A stretch of 64,000 nucleotides of DNA from Tubulanus polymorphus. Lineage: Eukaryota; Animalia; Nemertea. Of the stretch, positions 1-14,000 are shown in pieces. The first letter of the stretch is position 1. The number at the start of each line of letters is the position of its first letter. The translations under genes and the position numbers were made by a program. The stretch lies in NCBI RefSeq assembly GCF_964204645.1, contig NC_134029.1, positions 22,686,950 to 22,750,949 of the forward strand, given 5' to 3'. The notes beneath the pieces were generated by a model. The model was given only the letters and a program-made list of their open reading frames with translations. It had not been told where the DNA came from and made no database searches.

Positions 1-1183
1 TCGGTGATATCTGTGATCTTCGGCAAGTTGAAGATTTTTTCATCCTGGTGACGCAGAATGGATTTCATGTCATTGATCCGACATGGATCCAGGCAGCTCC
101 AGTACACTGCACTGACTTCAGGTATGTATATTGACGAGGAATACTAGGGTTTAACTGTATCTTCACTGTCAAAGTCCATTTTTGCCCCAAATCTATTGGG
201 TAGCATTCAAATCTTTTAATTCTCGTATTATTTTTATGATTTTCAGCAAACTGAGCATGAAGGTCGATACTGATGATATGTTGATTCAGAAACCTCAGCA
301 TCATGAGATAACGGTAATAAATTCTAGATTGAAAAATCAATCGAGCAATCGAGTAATCAGTATGGGAATTGCCTGGTTTGGTCATGTTCTGTTGCTGGAA
401 GCACCGTACGGAACCTCTTTGACATCAACGTAAGTAAATTACTTGATACTGATAGATTGATCATTGTGTGCCAGGTGAACAGTACATTTCAATTGTTTGA
501 TTACTGAATTGAATATCGTTTCTAGTGATAAGAAATTGGAGGTAGATATTGTATTAGAAGTAAAGGTTGTCGGATATCCACGAGAATTATGCTTGATGCC
601 TAATGAAGGTAAGACACTGATGTTGATGGTAATTCGGAGTTAGGTGCTACATCCAACATTTCTGTTATTTTCAGAAATATTGGAAAATTCAAGAAAAGTA
701 TTTCAATTTGAATAATTTTTAAAGGCTGGGGTTAATTGGCACCTAGCAATTTTCGGTAAAATATTTCAGTATACCATAATTACGGAAATTTTCAGTCTCT
801 GGAAAATATAACAGTTGATGGGGGCCAGGGTGACTTCGTAATTCCTGGGTTAGGGGTTTAGAGTGGGGTGATTACCTTGCACTAATTTATTAATTCTACA
901 TTTGTTACATATCATTCCAGCTGGATTTCTAGTAACTACTACTCTAGTAGAAGACATGTTTGCAGAATTCTGGCAAGATCTTTATCAGTTTAACTACGAT
1001 GGTCAACTTTGTCGTGTTTTAACCGGTCTTGGAGGAGAAAGCTGTATGTTCAAAACTGTTTACTTGGAAGAAAATTGTCAACTGAAAAAAGACAACGATC
1101 AGTTTGGAAATGCTGGTTGGCATGTATATTTCTGTGATCACGCAGGTGCAATTGCTTGTTTTAATGCAAGCGACCGATTCTAA
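1..1183 (+). CDS. 3' part of an unidentified multi-exon protein-coding gene (beta-strand-rich, possibly a beta-propeller C-terminus); 5' end is outside the window
   Basis: Exons <1-121, 247-429, 526-608 and 921-1183 join through GT-AG introns into one frame (..GDICDLRQVEDFFILVTQNGFHVID..KLSMKVDT..DKKLEVDIVLEVKVVGYPRELCLMPNEAGFLVTTT..WHVYFCDHAGAIACFNASDRF*). AATAAA at about 1206. Family not recognised. Confidence 0.7.
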
Positions 1184-1762
1184 ATTTAACTGAATTCGTG
1201 GAAGAAATAAAACCGTTATAGTTAATTGACAAAATTAAGGTCTACATCCTGAAAATGAAATTTTCATGGAATGAATGCATTAAATAGAAGTTTGTACTGA
1301 TAAATCAATATTATTGAGTTGGTACTGAAACAAATGTATGTTCAAACCTTATATCAAGGAATGTACATGATTTTTGATGGATCAGAAATAGTATCTGTGA
1401 TATTTCAAATTATCATTTTATACACTTTGTTGATTTATAAAGCTTAAAGATTTTAACAAAGTTGAAGTTTCTAAGAATAAATTACATTTTCTTGATAATC
1501 GATGTGTGTTTTTCGATTATTTCTTTGCAAAATATTCTGCAACAGATTTATCATTCGTCGCTATTGAAAGGGGATGAGAAAAATTCCCACAGGATGAGAA
1601 AGATCTCAAATCAGTTAATCAACAGATTGCTTACCACGGAGTGTCACATTGATTCGTTCGCCATCTATCGTTAATGGACGGCATTACTAGATATCGGGTC
1701 CTGAAATACATGGTAATAGGAAAAACCCGTTTAGGCTAAACGCTATCATCAGAGAGCGAAAG

Positions 1763-1894
1763 ATGTTGGTGTTTTTAATGTTGATGGCTATTCTAAGCAA
1801 ATTTGGCTGTTGTTATTATCCAAAATTCCCAATTCTCGCAAAGACTGCTGTCACTCCGTATAAAACATGGAAAACTTACTACATCCCGATGAAG
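1763..1894 (+). CDS. PRCP: Candidate alternative first coding exon (1a) of PRCP, encoding a signal peptide
   Basis: 44 codons MLVFLMLMAILSKFGCCYYPKFPILAKTAVTPYKTWKTYYIPMK, then donor AAG|GTATGA. Phase 0, in frame with exon 2 (VDHFG at 2819). Confidence 0.7.
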
Positions 1895-2385
1895 GTATGA
1901 AATATTTGTGAGTCAGAAATTTCCGTTTCTATTGACACCCATCAGAATAAGGACTTCTATTCATTTTTTTAAATTAATATTTTAAAAACGGATTTTATGA
2001 CATAATTCTATGTCTTCTTGTTGGGTAGAATTACAGCAGAAATAATTATTTGTGAAAATTAAAACGCGTAGGTAAATTTCTGTGAGTCGGATATATTTGT
2101 CTCACACCTGCCTTCAGAAAACCCTTACTTTTACAGAACTGTAACTAATCTAACATTGAGATGATATTGTTTGTTTGATCATGTCTATTGTATGGAGAAG
2201 GTCACTTGAAATATATACGAAATCATACTACTGATGGATATAAGTTCTCAGCGAAAATTAGATAACCGAAACCGCGACCTGGAAATCCCTCACATGAATT
2301 GAATTGAATTGTTGTCACAAGACTGAAATCAAGTGTTGGTTTCAGTCCGGGACCCTGGTAGTGTCTATTTGGATGAGGAATCAAG

Positions 2386-5357
2386 ATGCGAGCTTTCTAT
2401 AATTGTGCAGTGGTGTTTATACTGAGTGTTTGTTGTGTAATTTGTCGATCAGGGAAGGCATCGCCACATTTCATAAAATATGCTGCTTCTTCGACTTCCA
2501 CCGATGTCAGGAATGACATTAGATATAAAACATTATATCGTGAAACCAAGGTTAGCAATACACAAATAAGGATGTCGGTTTGAACATTTTCAGTGATTGG
2601 CTTCTTCGGGGTAGTCTTAAAGCTAGATAGTGCTGTTTTTCATAAACGTCACCTTTTTAAGGAGTTTTCAGTTGGGCGACTCGGTGTAGGATATGAAAAT
2701 CTGTCTTGGGAAAAAAATGATTTCCATTTTGGTTACTTCACCATTACTTAGTCCGGTGCCTGCGGATTTAAATGGAATAGATGCAATTAATGTAATTAAT
2801 TGGCCTAATCAATTTCAGGTGGACCATTTTGGATGGTCAAATCAACACCGCTTCAAATTGAGATATCTGATAGCTGATCAGTTCTGGGACGTCGGTCATG
2901 GTCCTATATTTTTCTACACTGGCAATGAAGGACCAATTGATACCTTCTGCAATAATACTGTAAGGGATGAACAACTTCGCAATGAAATTCTCTCGATTAA
3001 AAAAAAAAGTTTTTCACACTCCTACCAATACTACCAATACTTTTTTCAGGGGTTTATGTGGGATATCGCTCCTAAATTTAAAGCACTTTTAGTCTTTGCT
3101 GAACATCGATATTACGGTGAATCTCTGCCATACGGGAAGAAGGCTTACGAGGTAAAAGTCTGATTATTACATCTTCAACTTGAAATAGAATTCAAAGTGA
3201 ATGAACCTATAAATTATTCCAGAATATAGAAACTATGCAGTATTTTACATCGGAACAAGCTCTTGCTGATTATGCCGAGCTGATTAGATATTTGTGGACT
3301 CAGTACGAAGTGAAGAGCCCTGTGATATCATTTGGAGGCTCGTATGGTGGAATGCTGACTGCTTGGTTTCGTATGAAATACCCTCATATGGTCGCTGGGT
3401 AGGTTTCTGCAAGGTTTCTGCCTCTATCTAGATGTCAATTCACGGTTTAACTTTGGAATTGTTTTTCATTCTCTTACAGAGGTATTGCTGCCTCCGCTCC
3501 CATATGGCAATTCACAGGCTTAACCAAATGCAACGTTTACAACGATATAGTCACAAAAGATTATGCTCTCGCCGATAAGAATTGCCCTGATAATATTCGC
3601 CGAACCTGGAAGTTACTAAACGATTTATCAACTACTGGTAAGAATACATTGATTTGTCAGCCTCCCTTGTCAGGGATTCAAACTTGATGGCATAGTTAGA
3701 GTGCAGGGGCCAGGAGTCGGACTGGTCTTAGTCTAAGCCATGACTATGGAACCAGCCCCTGATGTCATCTTAGGTTTGAATCTCTGCTAGGAGAACATAC
3801 GACTTCAGGGGCCAGTTGCACAGTCGTGACTTATGTCCAAAAGTGGTCTGAAATCTTAAGACTGGTCTTAAGTTGTTAGATTGGCTATGAGTTGGTCTTA
3901 CAACTGGTCTTAATTCTAAGCCATGACTATGCCACTGACCCCTGGACATTAGACAAAATTTGCTATGTATCTATATATAATACTTGTGCAAGTCAATGAA
4001 CTACTATCCATTTCAGTTGCTGGACGAGAACTGATCAGTAAGACATTCGGTCTTTGTAGCCCATTAGAAAAACCTGCCGATATCAATTCTTTGAAGGACT
4101 ACTTGAATGAAATCTGGGGCAATATGGCTATGGTGAATTATCCGTATGCAACTAATTTTCTTGCTCCGTTACCGGCGTGGCCAATCAAGGTACATCTCAT
4201 TCATCCAGCCATATCTCAAAGTCTGTCAGTCACTTGGAGGTCTGGTGCTATTAATTAAATCTTAGTTTTATAGAGCGTGATTTCTCTGTATTCAATGTAT
4301 AAAATGTATAAACGCGTTAAATATTTATTTGAAGGTTGCGTGTAAGCCATTGAGCACTCCTAACCTCGATGGACCCGTGTTGTTAAAAGCTCTGTCGCAA
4401 GCTGCTGCTGTTTATTACAATACTACCGGAACGGTGAAATGTCTGAATACCAGCCATACGTCAAATATTGGAGATCTGGGCTGGGATTTCCAGGTAATGA
4501 TCAAAATCTGATTTTAACATAACATAACATAAATGTTCTTATATAGGGTACGCTTCCAACTTGTTGTTCAATGCAACAGCTCCTGAAAGGCCACTCTAAA
4601 TTTCCTCCTTGTTTACGTCATTTATTTTCGTTCTTTAATCGAATCGGTTTCGCCGTTGTGTGTATAGGCTTGTACTGAGATGGTGATGCCGATGTGCGCG
4701 GATGGTAAAAGCGACATGTTCGAACCGAGTCCGTGGGATTATAACGCGTTCTCAGTCGGCTGCACGAAACGATGGAAAACGGTTCCCGTATCGACGTGGA
4801 TTACAACGCATTACGGAGGCAGAAATATTAAAGCAGCCAGTAACATTGTTTTCAGGTACGGTATACACTAGTTAATGACTTTTGAAACATAAAAACCTTT
4901 CTTCGGGGTTGACTCCCAACTCGGGAGCTTCTTCCCGAAGATTGGCAGATGAATGCAATTGAACCATACAGGACTATGAAAAATATGTTTTTTGGATCTT
5001 TTTGTCTCTAATTAGGATTTTGTTGAAATTTTTTCGAATGAAATAACGGCATTAAAAATTAGATTATGTACAAAATGTTTCATACTAATGAATTTCAGTA
5101 ATGGTGAACTAGACCCGTGGTCGGGAGGTGGCGTGCACGTGAATGTTTCATCCAGTGTTTACGCCATATCGATATCGGATTCGGCGCATCATCTCGACCT
5201 TCGCAGTTCCAATCCAGCCGATCCTCCATCCGTGAAACAAGCGAGGTTATTCCACGAAGCTAGAATTACTGAGTGGATTAAACAGGCTCGACAGACGGAC
5301 AGTCAACGTGATATGAAATTGCGATTCCAGCGAATGAGAAAATTTGGACATTTGTAA
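2386..5357 (+). CDS. PRCP: Lysosomal Pro-X carboxypeptidase (peptidase family S28)
   Basis: Exons from 2386-2550, 2819-2959, 3050-3151, 3223-3398 onward to 5357. Motifs [31 protein letters not shown] (catalytic Ser), NGELDPW (Asp), SAHHLDLR (His); N-terminal signal peptide. Confidence 0.96.
3704..3944. mobile_element. Palindromic MITE (3806-3944) plus an internally deleted copy (3704-3761) in a PRCP intron
   Basis: Imperfect ~28-bp TIRs CAGGGGCCAGTTGCACAGTCGTGACTTA / TAAGCCATGACTATGCCACTGACCCCTG; internal ACTGGTCTTA repeats shared by both copies. Confidence 0.7.
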
Positions 5358-6227
5358 AGTAACGAGATGCATTTTGTATATGATCTTGCTCAAACGTGGC
5401 ATGTAATATGGAAGTATTTATAGATTATGATTGTACTGTGGTGGTTTTGAGGACATTCTATAACTGTACGTAACATATTTATGAGTATTCATGTTTATGG
5501 AATACTGTTTATCCTTGTAATTGAAATACATGTATCTGTCAATACCAGGTGCTGTATATTAGTCAGCGCTGTAAAACAGTTCGTTGTAGCATTATGATGA
5601 TCAACTTCCTACATTCAGCACTTTTGTTGTTCACACATTTTGTACTGATTCTATTTATCTACCAAGTATTCAATAAAAAATGTAGTTGATAAAACTGCAT
5701 GAATGTGAACATTAATCGGTTTAGTTTCCTTTCCAGTTCAATCTGAACATTTCATGTGGAGTTGGTGTAGTGAGGAATCTACTCAAATCTGTGATCAATT
5801 GCATCATAATAGAACTAATATTGAAAGCATTGTCTGGCACTAGGCTTAAGTCAGCACACAAAAAGTGGTGGCACTTATTTATAAATTGTGCCTGTGATAG
5901 ACATTGTAACTGCTCATCATTTATTTAACCATCATCATAATCTTTATGGATAGACTATGAATTGGTGATTGAAACAATTTACCCACCACATTAAAAATAG
6001 TGATCTCGACTATCTGGTACTGCGCTCTAATGATAGTAGTAGTTGGCACTTTCTTCAGATCTCACTGGACCATGCACTAAGTGTACTTATAGTGGACTTG
6101 CTACAAACCATGGTAAGGAAGATGAAACGAATTTGATATACACACACGGGAGTTTATTGACCACAGCTTTAACAATCCTAGATCAAAATCGAATCATTAG
6201 AGGATGTTTTAGAAACGTTTGCTTGAT

Positions 6228-7751
6228 CTAAGCTAATTGAGTAAATTCATCGGCGAGTCGTGTAGCTTTCAAAGTCCTTTCACTCCATTGTTTATACAAT
6301 TCTGTATTTCCATTAACCATCTCCATAAAAAGGAGAAAGTCTTTGAAGAATAATCCTAAAAGTTGATCAAAATCAAAATATATGAAAGAATCAATATAAA
6401 AACATTTAGGGAAAAAGGAAGCGTTCTATGTTTACCTGGGGTAGAAGGTTTGTAAGGAGGCATTTCATCAAGGATTGATCCATCAGTGAATTTGAAATTG
6501 ATCGATTTTCCACGTGATAAACCCTCGGCTCTCTCAATAGACAGGTGGACGGGTCTGCAAAATAGATGTGCAAATTGCACCAATGAAGTCAAATCAGACA
6601 TTCGTAGAGGCTTTGTTCTCCTTACTTGTTACAAGAAGTCCTCATTTCAGCAGTTGCTTTGAATCCTTTGCCTTCAGTCTGGATAATGCTCGACATCACA
6701 GGTGTCAAATCACTAAACCATTCCAGAAGAGTGTGAAATAAGTTTATGTTACAAATGAATGGACTTCCCGAAGCTTTGAAATCAGAAATCCAGGCATGAC
6801 TCAAAGATGCTGAAAATAACCAAATGTTTTGCATAACGGAAAAAGCTGACACAGAGGAACGCCAATGGTCAACTCAACTCCAATTTTACCTGTAAATTTA
6901 TAATAAGCAATTTCAAGTTCCTTTTCTTTCAAATGGTCTTTGATAATGTGCGTTGAGTCCAGTAGTAAACTGAGAGACTCTTCTTGGCAGATCACATCTA
7001 TAATTTTGGATATGTTTATGAATTATTGTTTGTCGCTAAGAATGACAAACTAGTGAAGTGCTGAACGAAATTCTGGCTTACTGTTCTCTTTTGCCAATTG
7101 ATGAAGCTGTTCAACAACAGGAAAACTTCTACCCAGTGGATAATCAACTAAAACATGCTTTTTTGCGCAAAGGGCTTTTCTGTAAAGTTAATAGAATCAA
7201 AAAATAATTCCAAAAAATTGATTGCCAGGGCCATGTTTTATGGATACAAGCTTGTAACTTCTCCTGGTGTCCGTCGATTTGAATTACGTACGTATTATCA
7301 ATTTATTACCTGTAATTTTCTTGTGTAATTCGTGAATAAAAAATAAATACATAAAAAACGAATAAGAACTACATGTACAATCCCTTATTTTTCAAATATC
7401 GTACTACCTGGCCAGTTCTTCGTGGCGTTCATTTTCTGTTGATATAATTATGATATGAACATCAGCACGTGTAAATGGATCATCGAGCAAGCGTTTAGCA
7501 CCTTCAATCTCGAGTTCCTGTCTAAATGTTTAAGGTGTGTTGTTAATCATTTTGCAGATAAATGAAAATATAGAGATGGTCTTGAAACTGGACTATGAAA
7601 TGAAATCGCACAATGAAAATTCATACCTTGTAACGTATCCGATAAGTTGTACATTTTTCATCTCAGGAATATCTTTGTAAGCGATAAGGTCTCTAACACG
7701 AGCCTTTCCAGCTATTCCCATTCCTATCACCACTACACCTAACTTCTCCAT
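6228..7751 (-). CDS. BLVRA: Biliverdin reductase A-like oxidoreductase (Gfo/Idh/MocA Rossmann fold)
   Basis: Spliced translation MEKLGVVVIGMGIAGKARVRDL..LIGYVTR..HEELARKAL..KHVLVDYP..RPVHLSIERAEGLSRGKSINFKFTDGSILD..LFFKDFLLF..LADEFTQLA* is colinear with vertebrate BLVRA (FGVVVVGVGRAGSVRMRDL; GKHVLVEYP; LSFHFKSGSL; IFLKD). Confidence 0.85.
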
Positions 7752-10061
7752 TTCTCACTTTTTGTATATATTACCGGTATCTAAATTAGGAGCATATATT
7801 GTTATCACCTTAGAATGAACTCATTTCATTTTCTATTAAAATGACTAAAAAAACGTTAACAATACTCAAATTGGCCCGATATGTAAAGCTCAAAATACAG
7901 AGTGAAAACATGGAGTTTTCACGGTGTGAAGATCAGTTTTAATATCCTAATGTACAGTAAACATAACTTAAAGGATATTCTATAGAATCGGGCAATTTGC
8001 GATTCATGCATGAGCACGAGCTGAATAATCATTTATATCCAAGGTTTATTATTATCATAAGGGGGTTCAAGTTAAAGTTATGGGGTGCATTAGTTGTAGA
8101 GTAGCCACAATTGTCGTCCTGGCGATGGTCTCTAGATTTTGAAACGCTGCCCCTGATATTTATCTTGGATACCAGTAAATAAATCTAGCTTTCAACCTTT
8201 CAAATTTGTATTTCAACCTTTCAAATTTGTATATAGTGGGTTTGAATCTTTAGGGGTGTATATCACTCCTGGAGGAGAAGGGGCGTGATGAATCCCTTTT
8301 GGCGAGACACTGGTTTTCTCGCCACCAGTAACCATTATCAGTAGTCTCTAATCTCAACTCATTTGCTTTTTTTTTATTTTTGGACCCAGTGGAACTTTTA
8401 GAATTAGTTTGACTTTGACTTTGTCAAATCTCAACTCGCAACTGTGGAAAACCGGATCCTGTTCACTACTCCACTCAATGCTTAGTAAACATTGCCAGTT
8501 TATTTCTTCTATCACGGAAAGGAATCTGAGGGAAAAAAAAACTCCTTGTCATGCGATTAGCTTCGATTGATGCTGCAAAGATCAGGGCTCAGGATAGAAA
8601 CAGGATGCCAAGACATGCTCCATAAGTGCGAAGCCAAACCAGAACATGCTCATAAAATCCTCGAAACAAAACAAAGATAAGCATCAACTTTTTAACATAT
8701 CAAGGAATATATTGTATATTCATATATATATATATATATTTATATGTATATATATATATTTCCTAATGCCAGGTCAATCCATACATGATTCATATATACA
8801 TGTACATGTACATGTTACTCACACATCACATGTACATCACTGGAAGCAATGGATGTGATCAAAATAAAATTACATAATAAAATATTATCATACACAGAAT
8901 TAACGACTTATAATTAGATCAACATTGATTTATAATCTTTTTTTTCGGAAAAAGTAAAGTGCCATTTCGTAATATCTATAATATCTATCTATATGCATTT
9001 TTTTCGCAGTAAACTTAAAACGTGAGAAATTACGAGTTAAAACAAGTGAAAATTCGATATCCTCGAAAATATACATACTTTGAAATACGACTAAAATTTC
9101 AAGTCTTTCGTAAAACATTTGTCTCGAATCTCGTACACTTTACAATATCAATGTTTGTGAATACATATAGATTTTCCATGCAGTGAGTGGGTTTACAAAA
9201 TATTTTTCAGGGTAACTAACATATGTCTTCTTATTTTTTGATGAAGGGCATCAAAAATACGAAAGCAAGGGATCTTTGACAACAAATTTGTAAGGTACAT
9301 AACATTTAGGCTTCGGTGTTCTTTTTTCGTTTTCAGTTGGAAACTGAACAAAGCAATACATAATTCATTTTATGGTAAAAAATTTGAAAATAGTTACGCA
9401 AATATTTCGATACAGAAACTCATTTCAGTTATAGAAAAGAATATCGTCCCAAAAGAAATGTATAAGTACTACAATTAATGAAGTACTGTACATTCTGAGT
9501 CTTATGCGTTTGATTTTGTGTTGATAACTGAGCCTTGCAATAAAACATTGATCAAACAGTTTTCAGGGACAGGTTTAATAAAGAGGGCGCCACAGCAGCC
9601 CTCCTTATACCTAGTTAACGAGGTGAATCTTGGAATAACCGCAGAGGCCGATGTAGGAGATGGTCTCGGGGGTCCTCATGGATTTCTTCAATGGATGGAC
9701 CCCGCCGGTGGCCTTTGGCTTGGCTGTTTTAACCTTTTATTTTCTTCTGGAACCTGGCCTTTCAATTTTCCTAGAACGGCCCGGAACAGTTAAATCTAGT
9801 TAACCCATCCCGTGAAAGCAATTAGTGCGGTATGTAACAAAATCTTAGGGGAACGAAAAAGGTGAAGAAGTTACACTGAACTCAAATCGGTACTGAAGTA
9901 AATCATTTCATCACTAGATTGTGAACACGCTTAGTGAGTACGTTTCAAAAAATTGGAAGATATACAATATCATTAGTAGTACAATATCATCCAGCGTACA
10001 AGTCATCTAAACGATGTCTTTTCTGGTTATAATCAATTAGACATTATAAATAACCATGATC

Positions 10062-10094
<33 letters not shown>

Positions 10095-10277
10095 CAATGA
10101 CGACAAATCTTAACAAGAAAGAGCTAGAAACGGTTTTTCGTACGACCGATAAGTTGGTATATATTAATCATACTCGGTGAGGCATATATGGATCGACTGT
10201 AGGGTAAGTTTCAACAGACACACGCGCACGCACATACTCAAACGGGTTGATGTGGTCAGATCATCAAGGACGGGTAA

Positions 10278-10316
<39 letters not shown>
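10062..10316. repeat. (GAT)n and (ATT)n microsatellites downstream of the RASA1 stop codon
   Basis: (GAT)n at about 10062-10093 and (ATT)n at about 10280-10316, read directly. Confidence 0.9.
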
Positions 10317-10317
<1 letters not shown>

Positions 10318-11052
10318 GTTTCAAACGCATACGTATCATACACGCGATGAATAATTCAAGGTTGGGAATCGGTCTCAACTAGCGAACATACCCTACGGGT
10401 GACGTACACAAGTGATACAAGCGACAAAAATACTGTACAATATCATTTTTAGACGGCGCGAACGTCGAACGAGGTTGGGTCGAGAAGAAAATGATTCCCG
10501 ATTTCATAAATTAGCGCAAAGAAAAATGTAAGCGGCCAGTTGAAATGTAAACGAACGCTATTCCGTTGACGATGGAAACCGGAGTTTTTGATGTTTTTTA
10601 CGAACGGAACAAAAAACCATTATCAGAAGGTCGTAAAATTGAAATTTGAAAAAACCGTAAGTTTGGCGCACATAGTAGAATCCTAATTCGCAGTGGAGAT
10701 GTCAATATGTTTCTATGTAGGACACCGTACTGAGCGAGTGAATGTTTTTGAAGTGGCATTGTCGATCGAGGTGGTGGTGGGTAGTAGCACAGTTGTGTAT
10801 AAAACGGCGTGTAATTCCTGCGTTAACGCCACGTTTCTGCGGTGCGTGTGTATGTAGATGTCACTACTGACAACGACATGCGAAAGAATACCTTGACAAC
10901 AACTTTCACCGAAAACGCACGTACAACAACGGTCGGTGCCGCGGATACTGTCGCTTAGCAACGCATTACACCGTTCAACTGCAGTGTTGTTGGTATCACA
11001 TTTAGACTAGGGGGAGAGAGGAGCTGTTATCCCAGCGTTCCTGTCCTGTTTG

Positions 11053-14000
11053 TCACGTTTTGCCGCCCATGTACCGTTTTTTGTGGTCGGTTAAAATATC
11101 CGTAACCGTTATGAGTCGTTTGAGATTAGGCTGCAAAACGAAGGAGAAAAAAAAAACCGATATCGTAAATGAAATATTCGACCGAATTCGACCCGATCGG
11201 TGAAGTAAGTAACGGTAATTCTTACCCGTGTTTGAGACATGTTATTGAGCTGTTCAATTTGTGATACACATATACGATGAACCGTAGCGAGGTCTCGCTC
11301 GATTAAACAATTCTGAGGTTCGTTCTGTGGACTTTCTTTGATATTCTGAAACGAGAATCGACGTATATAAATTCCGATGCTACAATTCGAACGAATAATT
11401 GTGGAATTTCACTACTGAATTGCGTAAATTCACTTACTGATAAATCATCGATGAATTTTATCATCTTATCTTTATTGTTCTTTATGAAAGGAAGTACGGC
11501 TTGCATCGTAGAATCCTGAAATTTTATGTTAAGCAATTATTCCACTGAATCTCAATGAATAAACAAATGCGTGCAGAATGTATTACAGGGTATTTGTATT
11601 ACAAATCCATTTCCCCCCTAATTTTCCACGTGATAAACACAAAGTTCCCGGAGTAAATCGGAGAAATTTCTAGGTTTATAATGTTACAATGCATTCAATT
11701 TTCATTGAATCCCATATTGATAAAGAAACACGTTGCCAAAAGCATTATTCGAATTAGCGAGTTTTCCAGGTTTTTGGTAAAATTTGTCAAATTCCCTCTG
11801 AGTTTTCCCTGATTTTTTAATTCCCGGTGTTCCCTGCATAAGAGATGAAACTTACGTGTACTTTCCCGCAGTCTACAAGGTTACCGAGATTGAGCAGTGA
11901 TTTGGCAACGAGTTTAAGAGTGCGGACTGCAACTTCTGATGGCGTTTCTACAAAATTGAATTCATTCGATGTCGATGAAGCAAATTCTTACATACAAGAA
12001 ATTGAGAAGATCTTTGAACAAGCAAAGTCACGCGTACCTGTTAGTATATTGAACATCTTTGGATTCAGGATAGCCGGGCAGATCAATCGCAAAAAGATAA
12101 ACCCACTGAAATAAATACATTAACTTTAATATCACAATCTATTCGCACTTCATCTCTATAATACGAGTAATCGTGTTGTTCAATTGGATTTATTGTACTA
12201 CGTACCTGACAACCCTTGATCGAACATTTTCGTCATTTGGCCATTTAGCTTGAGCACTCTCTTGGAGACAACCACAAATATAACGTAGCACCCTAAAATA
12301 TAAATACAAGCAGCATATTCGGAGTGAACTTAATCACGATTCCGGGCACGCGTGTCGCTCTGATGGGCTCGTACCCGCGGGTACTTGCTACTTACTTGGG
12401 ACATTTTTCAGCGGAAAGGAAAATATATTCAACAATTTCATTCAAAAGCGATAACAAATATTCGGTATTGGCACTGGCATCAGCAGGATTCTCTAAACTA
12501 CCAGGATTTAACTGAAAAATCAACATTGGAAAAATTGCGAAACTCGAATGATTGATGGCGGCAGATTGATAACCGGAAGGACTATAAGTGACTAGTTTTA
12601 CCTCACAGACTTGCTTGCTTTCATGTATTCGATTGATTGTGTTTGTTAATGTGCTTTTCACGAAGTCCGAAGCCGTCATTTTCATATATTCTGTCATCAG
12701 AGTCGTAGCCAATGATGTACCGCGAAACAGACCAGGCGCCGTTTCTGAAAATCAACCGATCATCAAATAACTATTGAATGGGCAGAAAATACACATAAAA
12801 ACATTGAACAATAATCTATCAGACGTTGAATGTTAAAAATACGCAATTTTTGAGAAAACTCAACAGCGCTGTCGATCCAAATCCACGGATTGACATCAAT
12901 GAGTTGTCTCAGAAACTAACATCTAACAAACAAACTTATTTAAATAACAATTGAATACCTTCGCGATGAATCTCTAGATCGTTTAAAGTCTTCATGAGTA
13001 AAGCTTCCTGACCGTGATATCTGAATACCCGTAGTAAAGCCTTAGCGAGCGGGATTCGATCGTGGCCACAAGATGGTAACAATGCATCCAGCGCAAATAC
13101 CATATCGAAATCCTTATCCATTAGAAGCTACAATTAGAGAATGAACGAATGAAGAAATGTGTCAAATTTCAGAATCAGAAATTCTCGGAATATTTTCTGT
13201 TTTTTTTTTTACCTCGGTGAGTGCCGAGTATTCCGACAGCGGCATTATAATCTCGTGCAAATATCGACATCGCAGACGTATCGTGGCGCCATCTACGCGT
13301 ATCGTCGGAACTACGGAACTGAGATTGAACCATTCGTCGATCGTTTCGCCTTCCGGGAGATTCTCTAAAATCTGTGTTACTTGAACTGAAATGAATCGTA
13401 TGTTGCTGTCATCATTACGCCCCTATTGATATTAGAATCAAGAAGACTGGACTATGATTGAATTTTCTTTAACATTCTTTTTGAACTGGCTCTAGTTCGA
13501 ATCAACCAATTTTTAACCTAATTTACCTAAAACTACAAGTTTTGACTTATTTTACGGTTCATTTAACAACCTGGAGCCACTCGCGGAAAAGTTGGTTGGA
13601 GTTAACCAGTGAGGATAGTTGACATCGTAAAAGTTCATTGTTACTATGGTATGTATCTGCAGGTTATCTTTAACCAACATTTGAACAGCCGGCCCCAGGT
13701 TTGTTAATTCATGTTCCCTATTTTAACTTTCGACGATTCATCTTATTTCTAAGTGGTGCCACCAAGCATCATGCAGGAAATGATTAGTCTTACCTATTTC
13801 TGTATCTTTAGATCTGCGATTCTTATTATAAACTGTTATCGTAAAGCTATCAATATCTGGCGGTATTTCCCTGAAAACAAAAATTACATTTTAAAAATAT
13901 ATCAATACATCTTAAGAGATCTACGTCTGCACCGTCCAAAAATACTTACTCGATAACGAATTCTTCCTCAAACACAGGGTCAAGGCCATCTTTGATTGAA

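Noticed and set aside
4901-4940. Short GC-rich hairpin CTTCGGGG..CCCGAAG in a PRCP intron
   Set aside because: Too short and single-copy in this window; no supporting element structure.
8646-8858. 70-aa His/Ile/Tyr-rich ORF
   Set aside because: Translation of (TA)n and CATGTA simple repeats.
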